This document shows, one piece after another, positions 53,809 through 64,000 of a stretch of 64,000 nucleotides of DNA; the stretch's first letter is position 1; every line of letters begins with the position of its first letter. Origin of the DNA: Actinomycetota bacterium. Lineage in GTDB: Bacteria > Actinomycetota > Thermoleophilia > Solirubrobacterales > 70-9. Location of the stretch: positions 5,289-69,288 of the forward strand of contig JAUPTY010000001.1 of assembly GCA_030917845.1 (NCBI GenBank). Direction: 5' to 3'. The notes beneath the pieces were generated by a model. The model had not been told where the DNA came from and ran no database searches. It saw nothing but the letters and a program-made list of their open reading frames with translations. The position numbers were made by a program, and so were the translations under genes.

Positions 53809-54450
53809 TCAGTTCCCCTTGCCCATCTGCCCCGAGTCGTGCATCATGGGCATGTCGCCGGAAGTTGAGATTTCGCCGTACCACTGCTTTCGCCACCGGT
53901 TCATCTGACTGATCTCGGCCGACTGGGCAGCGATGATTCGTCTGGACAGGCTCTTCAGCTCTCCGTCTGAACCTTCAGACAGCTGCAATTCGGCCATTCT
54001 GATCGCTCCCTGGTGGTGAGGAACCATCATGTCGATGAACTCGCGCTCGAAGGGTTCGGCGCCGCGAAGATCGTCGGGATCCATGTCCATGCCCATTTCA
54101 TCGGAGCTCATCCCCATCACTCCGTGGTCCATTCCTCCGCCGGGACTTTCGTCAGGGTCGAACTCCTCCCCCGCAATTCGTTCGTAGGCCGCGCTGAGTT
54201 CGATGATCTCGGCCTGCTGACTGGTGATTATCGAATTGGCAAGTTGGCGGATCTCGGGCCGGTCAGATTCCTTCAGGGCTATCCGGGCCATTTCCACTGC
54301 CGACTCGTGATGCGGAACCATTCCGGCTGAGAAAGCAACGTCGGTTTCCTTCGCGGAGCTGGTATTGCTGTCCTCATCTGAGCCACAGCCGGCCAGAAAG
54401 GCCACGCCAACAACAAACGCCAGGGCGGCGAACCACCTCGATCTGAACAT
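53809..54450 (-). CDS. DUF305 family (copper-stress associated) lipoprotein
   Basis: 213 aa with lipobox FLAGCGS and two MVPHH(E/Q)(S/G)A(V/I)xMA repeats. Confidence 0.85.
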   Translation of the reverse strand: MFRSRWFAALAFVVGVAFLAGCGSDEDSNTSSAKETDVAFSAGMVPHHESAVEMARIALKESDRPEIRQLANSIITSQQAEIIELSAAYERIAGEEFDPDESPGGGMDHGVMGMSSDEMGMDMDPDDLRGAEPFEREFIDMMVPHHQGAIRMAELQLSEGSDGELKSLSRRIIAAQSAEISQMNRWRKQWYGEISTSGDMPMMHDSGQMGKGN

Positions 54451-54459
54451 GAACTGAGC

Positions 54460-54483
54460 CTACCCAAGTGGGACTGTCGAGAC
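54460..54483 (-). promoter_or_regulatory. SigB/SigF-type promoter candidate (DUF305 gene)
   Basis: The minus strand reads GTCT (54483-54480), N14, then GGGTAG (54465-54460). It ends 9 nt before the ATG. Confidence 0.4.
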
Positions 54484-54489
54484 GCGAGG

Positions 54490-55890
54490 TCATCCCACCG
54501 GGCGCCAGCCTCCGAGACCGTCCTCGAGTGCTGTTGCTGTTGCCAAAGCCAGTTCATCCCTTCCGGGGCCGGCGACGACCTGAACCGCGAGCGGCAGGCC
54601 ATTTGCGGTCCAGTAGGCAGGCAGCACGACCACGGGCAATCCGGTCATGTTGAAGGGCACCGCCATTGGAATCTGGGCCAGCGGGAGCCATGTAGCCCCG
54701 TGTCTGAGGGGCCTGGTCAGGAGCAGCGGACAGACCAGAACTCCGTCGCCCACGGCTTCGAACACCTGTTGCCTGAGACGGGCCAGGGTCTCGAGACTGT
54801 CGCCGGGACCCGGCTTCAGACGACCTCCGTACGCGATGTAGCCGTAGACGCTGAGGGCTTCGGCGCTGATTCGCGCATCTCCCCGGATAGCCCGTTTCAT
54901 CTCGGCTGGCCAACTGAAACCCTGGCCACCTCCAAGCTGGAGTTCGATCTCCGGCATGCCGTACTCGCGAAGCAGGTTCGAGTAAAGGACTCCCATCCTC
55001 TGGATCGGCAGGGATGGACTCTTCTCGGTTCGCATCCCTGCCTGGGCCAGCGCGGCGCCGGCCCGTTTCACCGCGGCCTTCACTTCGGGGCTGACCAGCA
55101 TCGACCGGTTGCCGGTGAACACCCGGCAGGTCACACCCTCTATATCGGGCAGGGTCACCTCGCCGCCCCCATCGAGAACCCCGAGAGCCAATGCCAGATC
55201 TTCCACCCTTCTGGCCAGCGGGCCGGCGTGGTTCCAGGGTCGCAACTGGTCTGGCACCTCGGGAACGTGGTCGTCGTCCGGAACCCGTCCGGTGCTTGGC
55301 TTCAGCGAAACGCAACCGTTGTTGGCAGCGGGATTCCTGAGGCTGCCGCCGATGTCGCTCCCGAGTCCGAGGGCGGAGCCTCCGGCGGCGATTATCGCTG
55401 CCTCGCCACCGCTGCTCCCTCCTGCCGAGTAGCCCGCTCCACGGGCACTCTCGGTCCGGCCGAAGACCGGGTTGACGGACTCAAAGCCCCAGCACATGTC
55501 CGGCAGGTTGGTCTTGCCGAGAATTATCGCTCCCGCTTCCCTCAGCCTGGTCACAGCAGGAGCGTCGTGATCGGCTACATCGTCGCGATGGAACCATGAG
55601 CCGGCCGTGAACCTGGCTCCTTTGACTGGGAAACAGTCTTTGATCGTGATCGGAACCCCGAAGAGTGGCGGCAGTCCCTCTGCGCCCTGCTCGGTGATCC
55701 TGTAATCGGCGTCGGCCGCCTCCCGCCGGGCCGAGTCAAAGGTCGTGGTCACGACTGCGTTCAGGTCCGGGTTGACCTGCTCGATCCGGCTGATCGCTGC
55801 TTCGACGGCTTCGGTCGGGGTGATCTGCCCCGCCCTGATCTGCCTGGCTATCCCGACGGCCCCCGTCTCGGTGATCGCGGAGGAATCCAT
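54490..55890 (-). CDS. Amidase (amidase-signature family)
   Basis: 466 aa with GGSSGGEAAIIAAGGSALGLGSDIGGSLRNPA. Confidence 0.92.
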   Translation of the reverse strand: MDSSAITETGAVGIARQIRAGQITPTEAVEAAISRIEQVNPDLNAVVTTTFDSARREAADADYRITEQGAEGLPPLFGVPITIKDCFPVKGARFTAGSWFHRDDVADHDAPAVTRLREAGAIILGKTNLPDMCWGFESVNPVFGRTESARGAGYSAGGSSGGEAAIIAAGGSALGLGSDIGGSLRNPAANNGCVSLKPSTGRVPDDDHVPEVPDQLRPWNHAGPLARRVEDLALALGVLDGGGEVTLPDIEGVTCRVFTGNRSMLVSPEVKAAVKRAGAALAQAGMRTEKSPSLPIQRMGVLYSNLLREYGMPEIELQLGGGQGFSWPAEMKRAIRGDARISAEALSVYGYIAYGGRLKPGPGDSLETLARLRQQVFEAVGDGVLVCPLLLTRPLRHGATWLPLAQIPMAVPFNMTGLPVVVLPAYWTANGLPLAVQVVAGPGRDELALATATALEDGLGGWRPVG

Positions 55891-55892
55891 GC

Positions 55893-57689
55893 CTAGAACC
55901 AGGCCTCCTCCATCTCGAGGGTGGTCCTGTCAAGGCTCGTCAGCAGGTCGAACTGAGGCCCGGTCTTCGGCAGTTCGAAACGGAAGAAGTAGCGGGCGGC
56001 CTGGCGCTTGCCTTCGTAGAAGTCACCTTCCTTGCCGGCCGCAGCAAGGAACTGCTCCAGCCAGATCCAGGCGAGCACCACATGACCGGCAGCCTCGAGG
56101 TAGACGGTCGCGTTGGCGAGCGCGAGCTCCGGGTCACGGTCGGCCCAGAGCGCACCAGTCGTCTCGGCCAGACGCGCCAGGGCCGCCTGAAGCGCGGCGG
56201 CCAGTGCGGCAGCCTCGCCCCCTGCGGATTCAGCTTCGGAAATCGTCGTGGAGATCGACTCGAACAGAGCCCCGAATGCGGCGCCTCCCTGCATCGTGAC
56301 TTTCCGGCCGAGCAGGTCGAGGGCCTGGATCCCGTGGGTGCCTTCATGAATCGGGTTCAGCCGGTTGTCGCGGTAGTGCTGCTCAACGTCGTATTCGCGG
56401 GCGTAGCCGTATCCGCCGTGGACCTGGATCGCCAGCGAGTTCGCTTCCAGACACCACTGTGAGGGCCAGCTCTTGGCGATCGGGGTGAGGATCTCCAGCA
56501 GAAGTGCTGCCCGGTCGCGGTCTGCCTCTTCGGGGGCGGTCATCTCGTCGTCGACGAGGCTCGAGCAGTAGAGCTCGAGACCGAGGGCACCTTCGACGTA
56601 GCTCTTCTGGGCGAGCAGCATCCGCTTGACGTCGGTGTGCTCCGAGATCGGGATCTGGGGATCCTCCGGGTTCTTCGAGGCGAGCGGTCGGCCTTGCGGA
56701 CGCTCCCGGGCGTAGCGGAGCGACTTGAGAAAGCCGGTGTAGCCGAGAGCAGTGGCTCCAAGTCCGACCCCGATCCTGGCCTCGTTCATCATGTGGAACA
56801 TGTAGGCCAGACCGCGGTTCGGCTCACCGATCAGGTACCCGACCGCTCCCGCTTCCCCACCGGGGGTGTGAACACCCTCGCCGAAGTTCAGCACCGTGTT
56901 CACGGTGCCACGGAAACCCATCTTGTGGTTGACGCCGGCCAGGACGACGTCGTTCGCTTCTCCGAATCCGCCCTCCTCTTCAAGCAGAAAACGGGGAACG
57001 ATGAAGAGGCTGATCCCCTTCACCCCCGGAGGACTACCCGGGATCTTCGCGAGCACGAGGTGGACGATGTTTTCACCGAGTTCGTGCTCACCGGCACTGA
57101 TCCACATCTTGTTGCCGGTCACCCGGTAGGTGCCGTCATCCCGGGGCACCGCCTTGGTGGTGATATCCGAGAGTGAACTTCCGGCCTGGGTTTCGGAGAG
57201 GCACATCGTTCCGTGGAACCGACCCTCGACCATCGGCTGGACCCAGGTCTGCACCTGCTCTTCGGAACCGTTGGCGATCAGCAGGTTGATCGCACCCGCG
57301 GTCAGCATCGGGTAGGCGGCGGTACCGACGTTGGCGCCATGAAGCCAGGCGAAGATCGCGCTCGAGATGGTCATCGGCAGCGCCATGCCTCCGACCTCTT
57401 CGGGCATCGCCGCAGCCATCAGTCCCGTTTCCTTCAGCACTTCCAGCGCCTCGGCCACTTCCGGGATCAGAACGACCTTCCCGTCCTCCCCGACAGCCGG
57501 TTCGTTCAGGTCAGCCTTGCGGTTATGCGGCTGGAATTGGTCCGTGGCAACCTGTTCGGCAAGGGTGAGCACGTCATTCCAGTCATTGGCGGTCTGGCCA
57601 TGAAAGCGATCACGCTCGGTCAGCCGTTCGACATCAAGCCATTCGTTGAGCAGGAACTGGACGTCACGGCGCGAGAGGATGTCGGTCAT
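55893..57689 (-). CDS. Acyl-CoA dehydrogenase, long form
   Basis: 598 aa. N-terminus ILSRRDVQFLLNEWLDVE, then SETQAGSSLSD and YRDNRLNPIHEGTHGIQ. Confidence 0.9.
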   Translation of the reverse strand: MTDILSRRDVQFLLNEWLDVERLTERDRFHGQTANDWNDVLTLAEQVATDQFQPHNRKADLNEPAVGEDGKVVLIPEVAEALEVLKETGLMAAAMPEEVGGMALPMTISSAIFAWLHGANVGTAAYPMLTAGAINLLIANGSEEQVQTWVQPMVEGRFHGTMCLSETQAGSSLSDITTKAVPRDDGTYRVTGNKMWISAGEHELGENIVHLVLAKIPGSPPGVKGISLFIVPRFLLEEEGGFGEANDVVLAGVNHKMGFRGTVNTVLNFGEGVHTPGGEAGAVGYLIGEPNRGLAYMFHMMNEARIGVGLGATALGYTGFLKSLRYARERPQGRPLASKNPEDPQIPISEHTDVKRMLLAQKSYVEGALGLELYCSSLVDDEMTAPEEADRDRAALLLEILTPIAKSWPSQWCLEANSLAIQVHGGYGYAREYDVEQHYRDNRLNPIHEGTHGIQALDLLGRKVTMQGGAAFGALFESISTTISEAESAGGEAAALAAALQAALARLAETTGALWADRDPELALANATVYLEAAGHVVLAWIWLEQFLAAAGKEGDFYEGKRQAARYFFRFELPKTGPQFDLLTSLDRTTLEMEEAWF

Positions 57690-57842
57690 GGCAGCAAGTG
57701 TTTCGCAAATCGGGTGAAGGGCGCAACGAACGGCAGGTCTGATGCAACCCGGACCGCACCTTCCTGTGCTTTAGCGGGTTCAGGAGTAGAGTTTCCGGGT
57801 CGGATCAACCGACTGACTTTCAGAAATTAATGGAGAGAGAAC

Positions 57843-59093
57843 TTGACGCTTGAAATGAACCGCCTGCGCACCATCGTGCTCGCAGTGGCGATGCTGCTCA
57901 CCGCAGCCCTGCTGGTTGGGACGGCCAGTCCGGCCGGCGCCGACGCAGCCGCCAAGAAGACCAAGAAGGCCAATAAGGGACCGAAGCAGGGCCCGGCCGG
58001 GCTGAACTTCTACAAGCCGAAGGGCAAGCTGCCTTCAGCACACGGAAAGCTGATCTGGCAGCGAAAGGCAGCCGGCAGCGTGCCGTTGAAGAGCGCCGCT
58101 TCGACCAAGCTGGTCCTCTACACCTCGAAGTCGGCCGCCGGCAAGACCGTGGCAGTTTCCGGCTCTGTCAGCGTTCCCAAGGGCAAAGCGCCCAAGGGCG
58201 GCTGGCCGATCGTCAGCTACGGACATGGCACCACCGGCATCGCTGACAAGTGCGCTCCTTCGCGGAACACCAAGGGCGGAGTGGCCGACGGTTACATCTC
58301 CTACACCGATCCGATCATGAACCAGTGGCTGCGGGCCGGTTACGCCGTCGCCCGTACCGACTACCAGGGCCTCGGCACTCCGGGCGATCATCCTTTCCTG
58401 GTCGGTAAGTCTTCCGGTCGCGGCGTACTCGACATCGTCCGCGCTGCCCGTCAGCTTGGTTCGAAGATCAGCAACAAGTTCCTTATCGCCGGCCATTCCC
58501 AGGGCGGCCACGCTGCGCTCTTCGCGGCAGGCCAGGCAGCCAAATGGACTCCCGAGCTGAAGCTCAGGGGAACAGTGGCCTACGCACCGGCATCGCATTT
58601 CAAGCTCCAGGCGCAGGTTCTGCCCGGCCTGACCGATCCGAACGGCCTGACCGCGCTGGCCAGCCTGCTGGTCCGCGGCATGTCTGTGGAGTACCCGCAG
58701 ATCAACGCACAGGAGCTGCTCTCGGACACCGTCCTGCCGTATTACCCGCTCACGCGGACCAAGTGCCTGTCGGAAATCTCGGGACCGGACAGCCTCGGCG
58801 GGATCGCCCCGTCCGAGCTTCTCCGTGACGGAGTTGACCTCGAGCCGCTCTACGGCATCCTCGATGCCCAGAATCCGGCCGTCACCACGGCAGCACCGAT
58901 CCTGCTTGCCCAGGGCACCGCTGACGGGACCACGCCCAAGTTCTTGACTGACACGCTCAACGGCGAGCTGGTCGCACTCGGGGATTCGGTCGATTACAAG
59001 ACATACGAAGGTGTCGAGCACGGACCCATCGTGGCCGCGGCCCAGCCTGACGTAATGGACTTCTTCGAGCAGCGCCTCCCGGGCGGCAAGTAA
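57843..59093 (+). CDS. Secreted lipase (LIP-family alpha/beta hydrolase)
   Basis: 416 aa. The TTG start lies 6 nt after GGAGAG. Signal peptide ...LLVGTASPAGA. Nucleophile elbow AGHSQGGHAALFA. Confidence 0.8.
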   Translation: MTLEMNRLRTIVLAVAMLLTAALLVGTASPAGADAAAKKTKKANKGPKQGPAGLNFYKPKGKLPSAHGKLIWQRKAAGSVPLKSAASTKLVLYTSKSAAGKTVAVSGSVSVPKGKAPKGGWPIVSYGHGTTGIADKCAPSRNTKGGVADGYISYTDPIMNQWLRAGYAVARTDYQGLGTPGDHPFLVGKSSGRGVLDIVRAARQLGSKISNKFLIAGHSQGGHAALFAAGQAAKWTPELKLRGTVAYAPASHFKLQAQVLPGLTDPNGLTALASLLVRGMSVEYPQINAQELLSDTVLPYYPLTRTKCLSEISGPDSLGGIAPSELLRDGVDLEPLYGILDAQNPAVTTAAPILLAQGTADGTTPKFLTDTLNGELVALGDSVDYKTYEGVEHGPIVAAAQPDVMDFFEQRLPGGK

Positions 59094-59111
59094 GCCTCAG
59101 GAAGTCACAAC

Positions 59112-59144
59112 AAAAAAGGGCCCCGGAACCGGGGCCCTTTTTTG
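59112..59144. terminator. Bidirectional rho-independent terminator
   Basis: AAAAAA-GGGCCCCGG-aa-CCGGGGCCC-TTTTTT. This is the cleanest intrinsic terminator in the window. Confidence 0.9.
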
Positions 59145-59161
59145 TTGCAGTGAGGCAGGCT

Positions 59162-59586
59162 TCAGGATCCGTGCTGCTCCTGGATCTTTGCGTCCGGAGC
59201 GGCGTCCCTCTCCTGAAGTTCGGGCGTGTATTCCTCACCAAAGTCTTCAGCTTCGAAGACCTGGCGGATCTCTACGCCCTCGCCGTGGGTGAAGGGGATT
59301 CGCCTGGCCCATTCGATCGCTTCCTCGAATGACCCGACTTCCCAGATCCAGTAGCCGGCAATCAGCTCTTTGGTCTCCGCGAAGGGACCGTCAGTGACCT
59401 GGGCTTCTTCGTCGCCATATTCGAGGCGGGCCCCTTGGTGCTGGCATGGAGACCGGCGCCGTCCAGCATCACGCCGGCATCGACCAGCTCTTCGTTGTAG
59501 GCACCCATTTCGGCCAGATCCTTCTCCGAGGGCAGCACTCCCGCTTCCGAGTCGGCAGTTGCCTTGACGATCACCATGCAGCGCAT
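59162..59586 (-). pseudogene. YCII-related (DGPF) domain protein gene with an apparent -1 frameshift
   Basis: The N-terminal half MRCMVIVKATADSEAGVLPSEKDLAEMGAYNEELVDAGVMLDGAGLHASTKG lies in one frame. The C-terminal half ARLEYGDEEAQVTDGPFAETKELIAGYWIWEV...RQVFEAEDFGEEYTPEL lies in the adjacent frame. The junction is at the C4 run 59431-59434; one extra base would restore a single ~140-aa protein. Confidence 0.7.
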
Positions 59587-59629
59587 TGAAGTCTCCTTTT
59601 CCGGGGCCGGCGAATCCGGCCTGTGTCAA

Positions 59630-60810
59630 CTAGACGAACGGCCGGGGCCTGAATCGACAACAGCCGGCAAATTCTTTTGCTTTCTCCGCCCGGGCTTCCA
59701 GTACCCGCCGTTCCTGTTCGTTACCCGTCATCGCCGCGGCCTGGCTGAACTCTTCAGCGGCCTCTTCGCCACGATCGAGCTTCTCCAGAAGGTCACCCCG
59801 AACGGCAGGAAGCAGATGGTAGCTCTGAAGCCTCCGATCTGTCCCCAGCTGATCAACGATGTCCAGAGCCCCCTCAGGGTCACCTGACATTGATACCGCG
59901 ACCGCCCGGTTCAGGCGGGTGACCGGCGAATCGCGCAGCTCAAGCAGTGAATCGTAATGCCCGAGGATCTCGTTCCAATCGGTGTCTTCAGGGTGGCAGC
60001 ACTTGCGTGACAGGCGGCGATAGAGGCCTGAAGGAAGTACGAGCCGGAGCCTCCCAGACTCCGGGCCATCTCGAGTCTTTCAAGACCGCGGCGGATCAAC
60101 AGGCGGTCCCACCTGCTTCGGTCCTGATCCATCAGCAGCACCGGCTCCCCGTCCGGCCCGATCCTCGCCGGGAATCGTGAAGCCTGGATTTCCATCAGCG
60201 AGACCAGTCCGTGGACTTCCGGTTCGGCGGGTGCGAGGCCAGCCAGGATACGGCCGAGCCGGAGAGCCTCGGCCGACAGGTCGGTGCGCATCCACTGCTC
60301 CCCGGCCTTCAATGTGAGGGCGACCTGGCTTTCCGTGGTCAGGGCGAGATGGCAGGCAGTGAATAGCAACGTGAGAACGTCATCGCCGATTTGCTCCTGA
60401 TCGAATACAGATTCTTCCGGGCCTGGCTCCGGGTCGCTCCGCTCCAGTTCACCCGCGAGGAGACCGTACTTATCCTGCAGCACCCCGTCCCGTCGGATTC
60501 GGTCGATTCCCCGATTCTTCGCCGTGGTCAGAAGCCAGGCTGATGGGTTGTCGGGCACCCCGGTCTCTGGCCATTGCTCAAGTGCCCTGACCATTGCTTC
60601 CTGGGCCATTTCCTCGGCCAGTCCGACATCCCCGGCCCAGCGGGAAAGCGAAGCGACCAGACGGACCGATTCGATGCGCCAGACAGCTTCGACCGTGGCG
60701 GCCGTGGCCTGGCGGGTGCCGGTTTCAATCGCGGATCCGTCGACGGACCCACGATAAGGGTCAGCGCCGGATTCGCCGCTCGTAGGCTTCCCGGGCGCTG
60801 CCATCAACAT
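59630..60810 (-). pseudogene. ECF-type sigma factor with a long C-terminal (DUF6596/TPR-like) extension, apparent -1 frameshift
   Basis: The 299-aa ORF carries VWRIESVRLVASLSRWAGDVGLAEEMAQEAMVRALEQWPETGVPDNPSAWLLTTAKNRGIDRIRR. It loses frame after ...IAACHASAAT. The adjacent frame continues PEDTDWNEILGHYDSLLELRDSPVTRLNRAVAVSMSGDPEGALDIVDQL...YHLLPAVRGDLLEKL. The junction is at the G3 run 59991-59993. The start overlaps the upstream SDR gene by 44-50 nt. Confidence 0.65.
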
Positions 60811-61594
60811 CCGTATAGATGCGATCGATCTTCGTCCAGCGGCCGACCTTGATGCCGAAACCGGCGGGAAGAATCGAAGTCAATCTGGCGAGGAACCAGC
60901 TCGACCGCGGCAGGGCGACCCTTTCCTTGCCGCTCTCGATCGCTTCGGCGATGCCCATGGCCATCTCTTCCGGGCTCAGCATCGAGACCAGAGGCGATGA
61001 CGAGGTTCCGTCCATCATTCCGGTCGACACCGGCCCTGGCATGACCACGGTGAATCCAATTCCGGAATCATCGAACTCCATCCGCACCGACTCCGTGAAG
61101 CCGACCACTCCGAACTTGGAGGCCGCATAGGCGGCCAGGCCCGGAACGCCCATCAGCCCGGCGAGCGATGCGACGTTGACGATCCGGCCGCGACGGCGTG
61201 GCTCCATCAGCTTGAGTGCCTCGATGGTCCCGTTCATGACGCCCTTGAGGTTGATGTCAATGGTGCGCTCGGTGATCTCGGGATCCTGAGCGAGGATGTT
61301 CGGCGAGGCCGAGGCGATCCCGGCGTTGTTCACGAGCACGTCGATCGGTCCGACATCGGCCTCGACCGAGGCAAGGTGTTCCCTGAAGGCCTCCCGGTCG
61401 GTGACGTCGAGCGCGAAGCCGCTTGCGCCACTGCCGATCGCCGAGGCCTCGCTGACAGCCAGTTCTCCGTCGATGTCGGACATCACGATTCGGTGCCCGC
61501 GAGCGGCGAGGATGCGGGTAGTCGCCAGTCCGATGCCCCGCGCTGCGCCGGTGATCACGATCGTCTTCGGAATGGCTGCCTGAGAGTCGCTCAT
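60761..61594 (-). CDS. SDR family oxidoreductase
   Basis: 277 aa with TGAARGIGLAT, NNAGI and YAASK. Confidence 0.9.
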   Translation of the reverse strand: MSDSQAAIPKTIVITGAARGIGLATTRILAARGHRIVMSDIDGELAVSEASAIGSGASGFALDVTDREAFREHLASVEADVGPIDVLVNNAGIASASPNILAQDPEITERTIDINLKGVMNGTIEALKLMEPRRRGRIVNVASLAGLMGVPGLAAYAASKFGVVGFTESVRMEFDDSGIGFTVVMPGPVSTGMMDGTSSSPLVSMLSPEEMAMGIAEAIESGKERVALPRSSWFLARLTSILPAGFGIKVGRWTKIDRIYTDVDGSAREAYERRIRR

Positions 61595-61642
61595 GCGGCA
61601 ATTCTCGCAGGTTTGACACGAACCGTTGTCAGTTTCTGCGAT

Positions 61643-62308
61643 CTATTCGTAGAGCTGGCCGGCGACCGCGGTGAAAGCGGCGATCTGGTTTTCGATCAGG
61701 TCCTCGAGAGATATTTCGAGGTAGCCGAGCACGTAGTCGATCAGCTGTTCGTTGACCGACCCGACCAGGCCGAGCGCGAGCACGTCCAGACGAAGGGGTC
61801 CGATCTTCTCCTTGCCGCCAAGCTCCCTGGTGCGGTCGGCGACAATCGCGGCGAAGGCGTGGATCGCTTCCCGGCGTTTTCTCTCCAGCTCGGGGCTCAC
61901 TCCTACCGCTTCGATCTCCTGGATCCGGGCCCGACGTGGATCCCGGGTCAGCTCGTGGGCGAAAGCCGTCAACCCGGCCCGCATCGAAGCACCCAGCTCG
62001 TCGGTGGAGTTTTCAATCGCGTCCATTGTGGCGCGACGGCAGTCGGCGATCAGGATTTCGAAAATCTGGTCCAGCAGGGCTTCGCGGTCCTCGAAGGCTT
62101 CATAGAAATACCGTTCGGTCAGCCCGGCTTCCTCGCAGATCGCTTTGACCGGCGTGTTCGCATAACCCCGGGTACCGAATAGCTCGATTCCCGCTTCGAT
62201 CAGACGATCGCGGCGATCGCTCTGCCGTTCCTGCGTGGTCTGGCCACGCCAGGTCCGGCCGGAGTCGTTTGCTGTCTCGGCCATGGCGAGAGTATGACCG
62301 CTACCCAC
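61643..62308 (-). CDS. TetR family transcriptional regulator
   Basis: RRDRLIEAGIELFGTRGYANTPVKAICEEAGLTERYFYEAF. The start may instead be the internal ATG 62287. Confidence 0.88.
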   Translation of the reverse strand: MGSGHTLAMAETANDSGRTWRGQTTQERQSDRRDRLIEAGIELFGTRGYANTPVKAICEEAGLTERYFYEAFEDREALLDQIFEILIADCRRATMDAIENSTDELGASMRAGLTAFAHELTRDPRRARIQEIEAVGVSPELERKRREAIHAFAAIVADRTRELGGKEKIGPLRLDVLALGLVGSVNEQLIDYVLGYLEISLEDLIENQIAAFTAVAGQLYE

Positions 62309-62328
62309 AGACGGTCAGGCCGGAGACC

Positions 62329-64000
<1,672 letters not shown>

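Overview
High-GC (roughly 60-65% by eye) chromosomal segment, most consistent with an Actinomycetota-type genome. Supporting gene content: an MMPL/TetR pair, an F420-type Ddn-like reductase, WS/DGAT, Ku/LigD NHEJ genes and a SigB/F/G-family sigma factor. I call about 74 protein-coding units, with no rRNA, tRNA, CRISPR array, transposase or integrase. Recognisable modules are: (i) a c-di-AMP (ydaO-type) riboswitch ahead of an NlpC/P60 hydrolase; (ii) a CsoR-controlled copper operon (unknown His-rich protein, copA, csoR); (iii) an NHEJ locus with separate ligase and polymerase genes and two tandem ku genes; (iv) a stress-gene cluster around an orphan SigB/F/G-type sigma factor; (v) an arsenic island (arsJ-gapdh, arsR-arsM) followed by CDGSH, heme-oxygenase-like and chrA genes; (vi) a lower-GC ECF-sigma/anti-sigma/secreted-protein block; (vii) lipid-metabolism genes (WS/DGAT, lipases, enoyl-CoA hydratases, acyl-CoA dehydrogenases). 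The most interesting signal is not a gene. A GNNT-N14-16-GGGTA(C/G/A) promoter-like motif, the actinobacterial SigB/SigF type, sits just upstream of at least 12 transcription units. These include both arms of the NHEJ locus and most of the stress genes, which suggests a dormancy/stress regulon that includes end-joining repair. Several genes look damaged: one in-frame stop, two homopolymer frameshifts and two truncated remnants. All product calls come from reading motifs in the translations; no database search was run.
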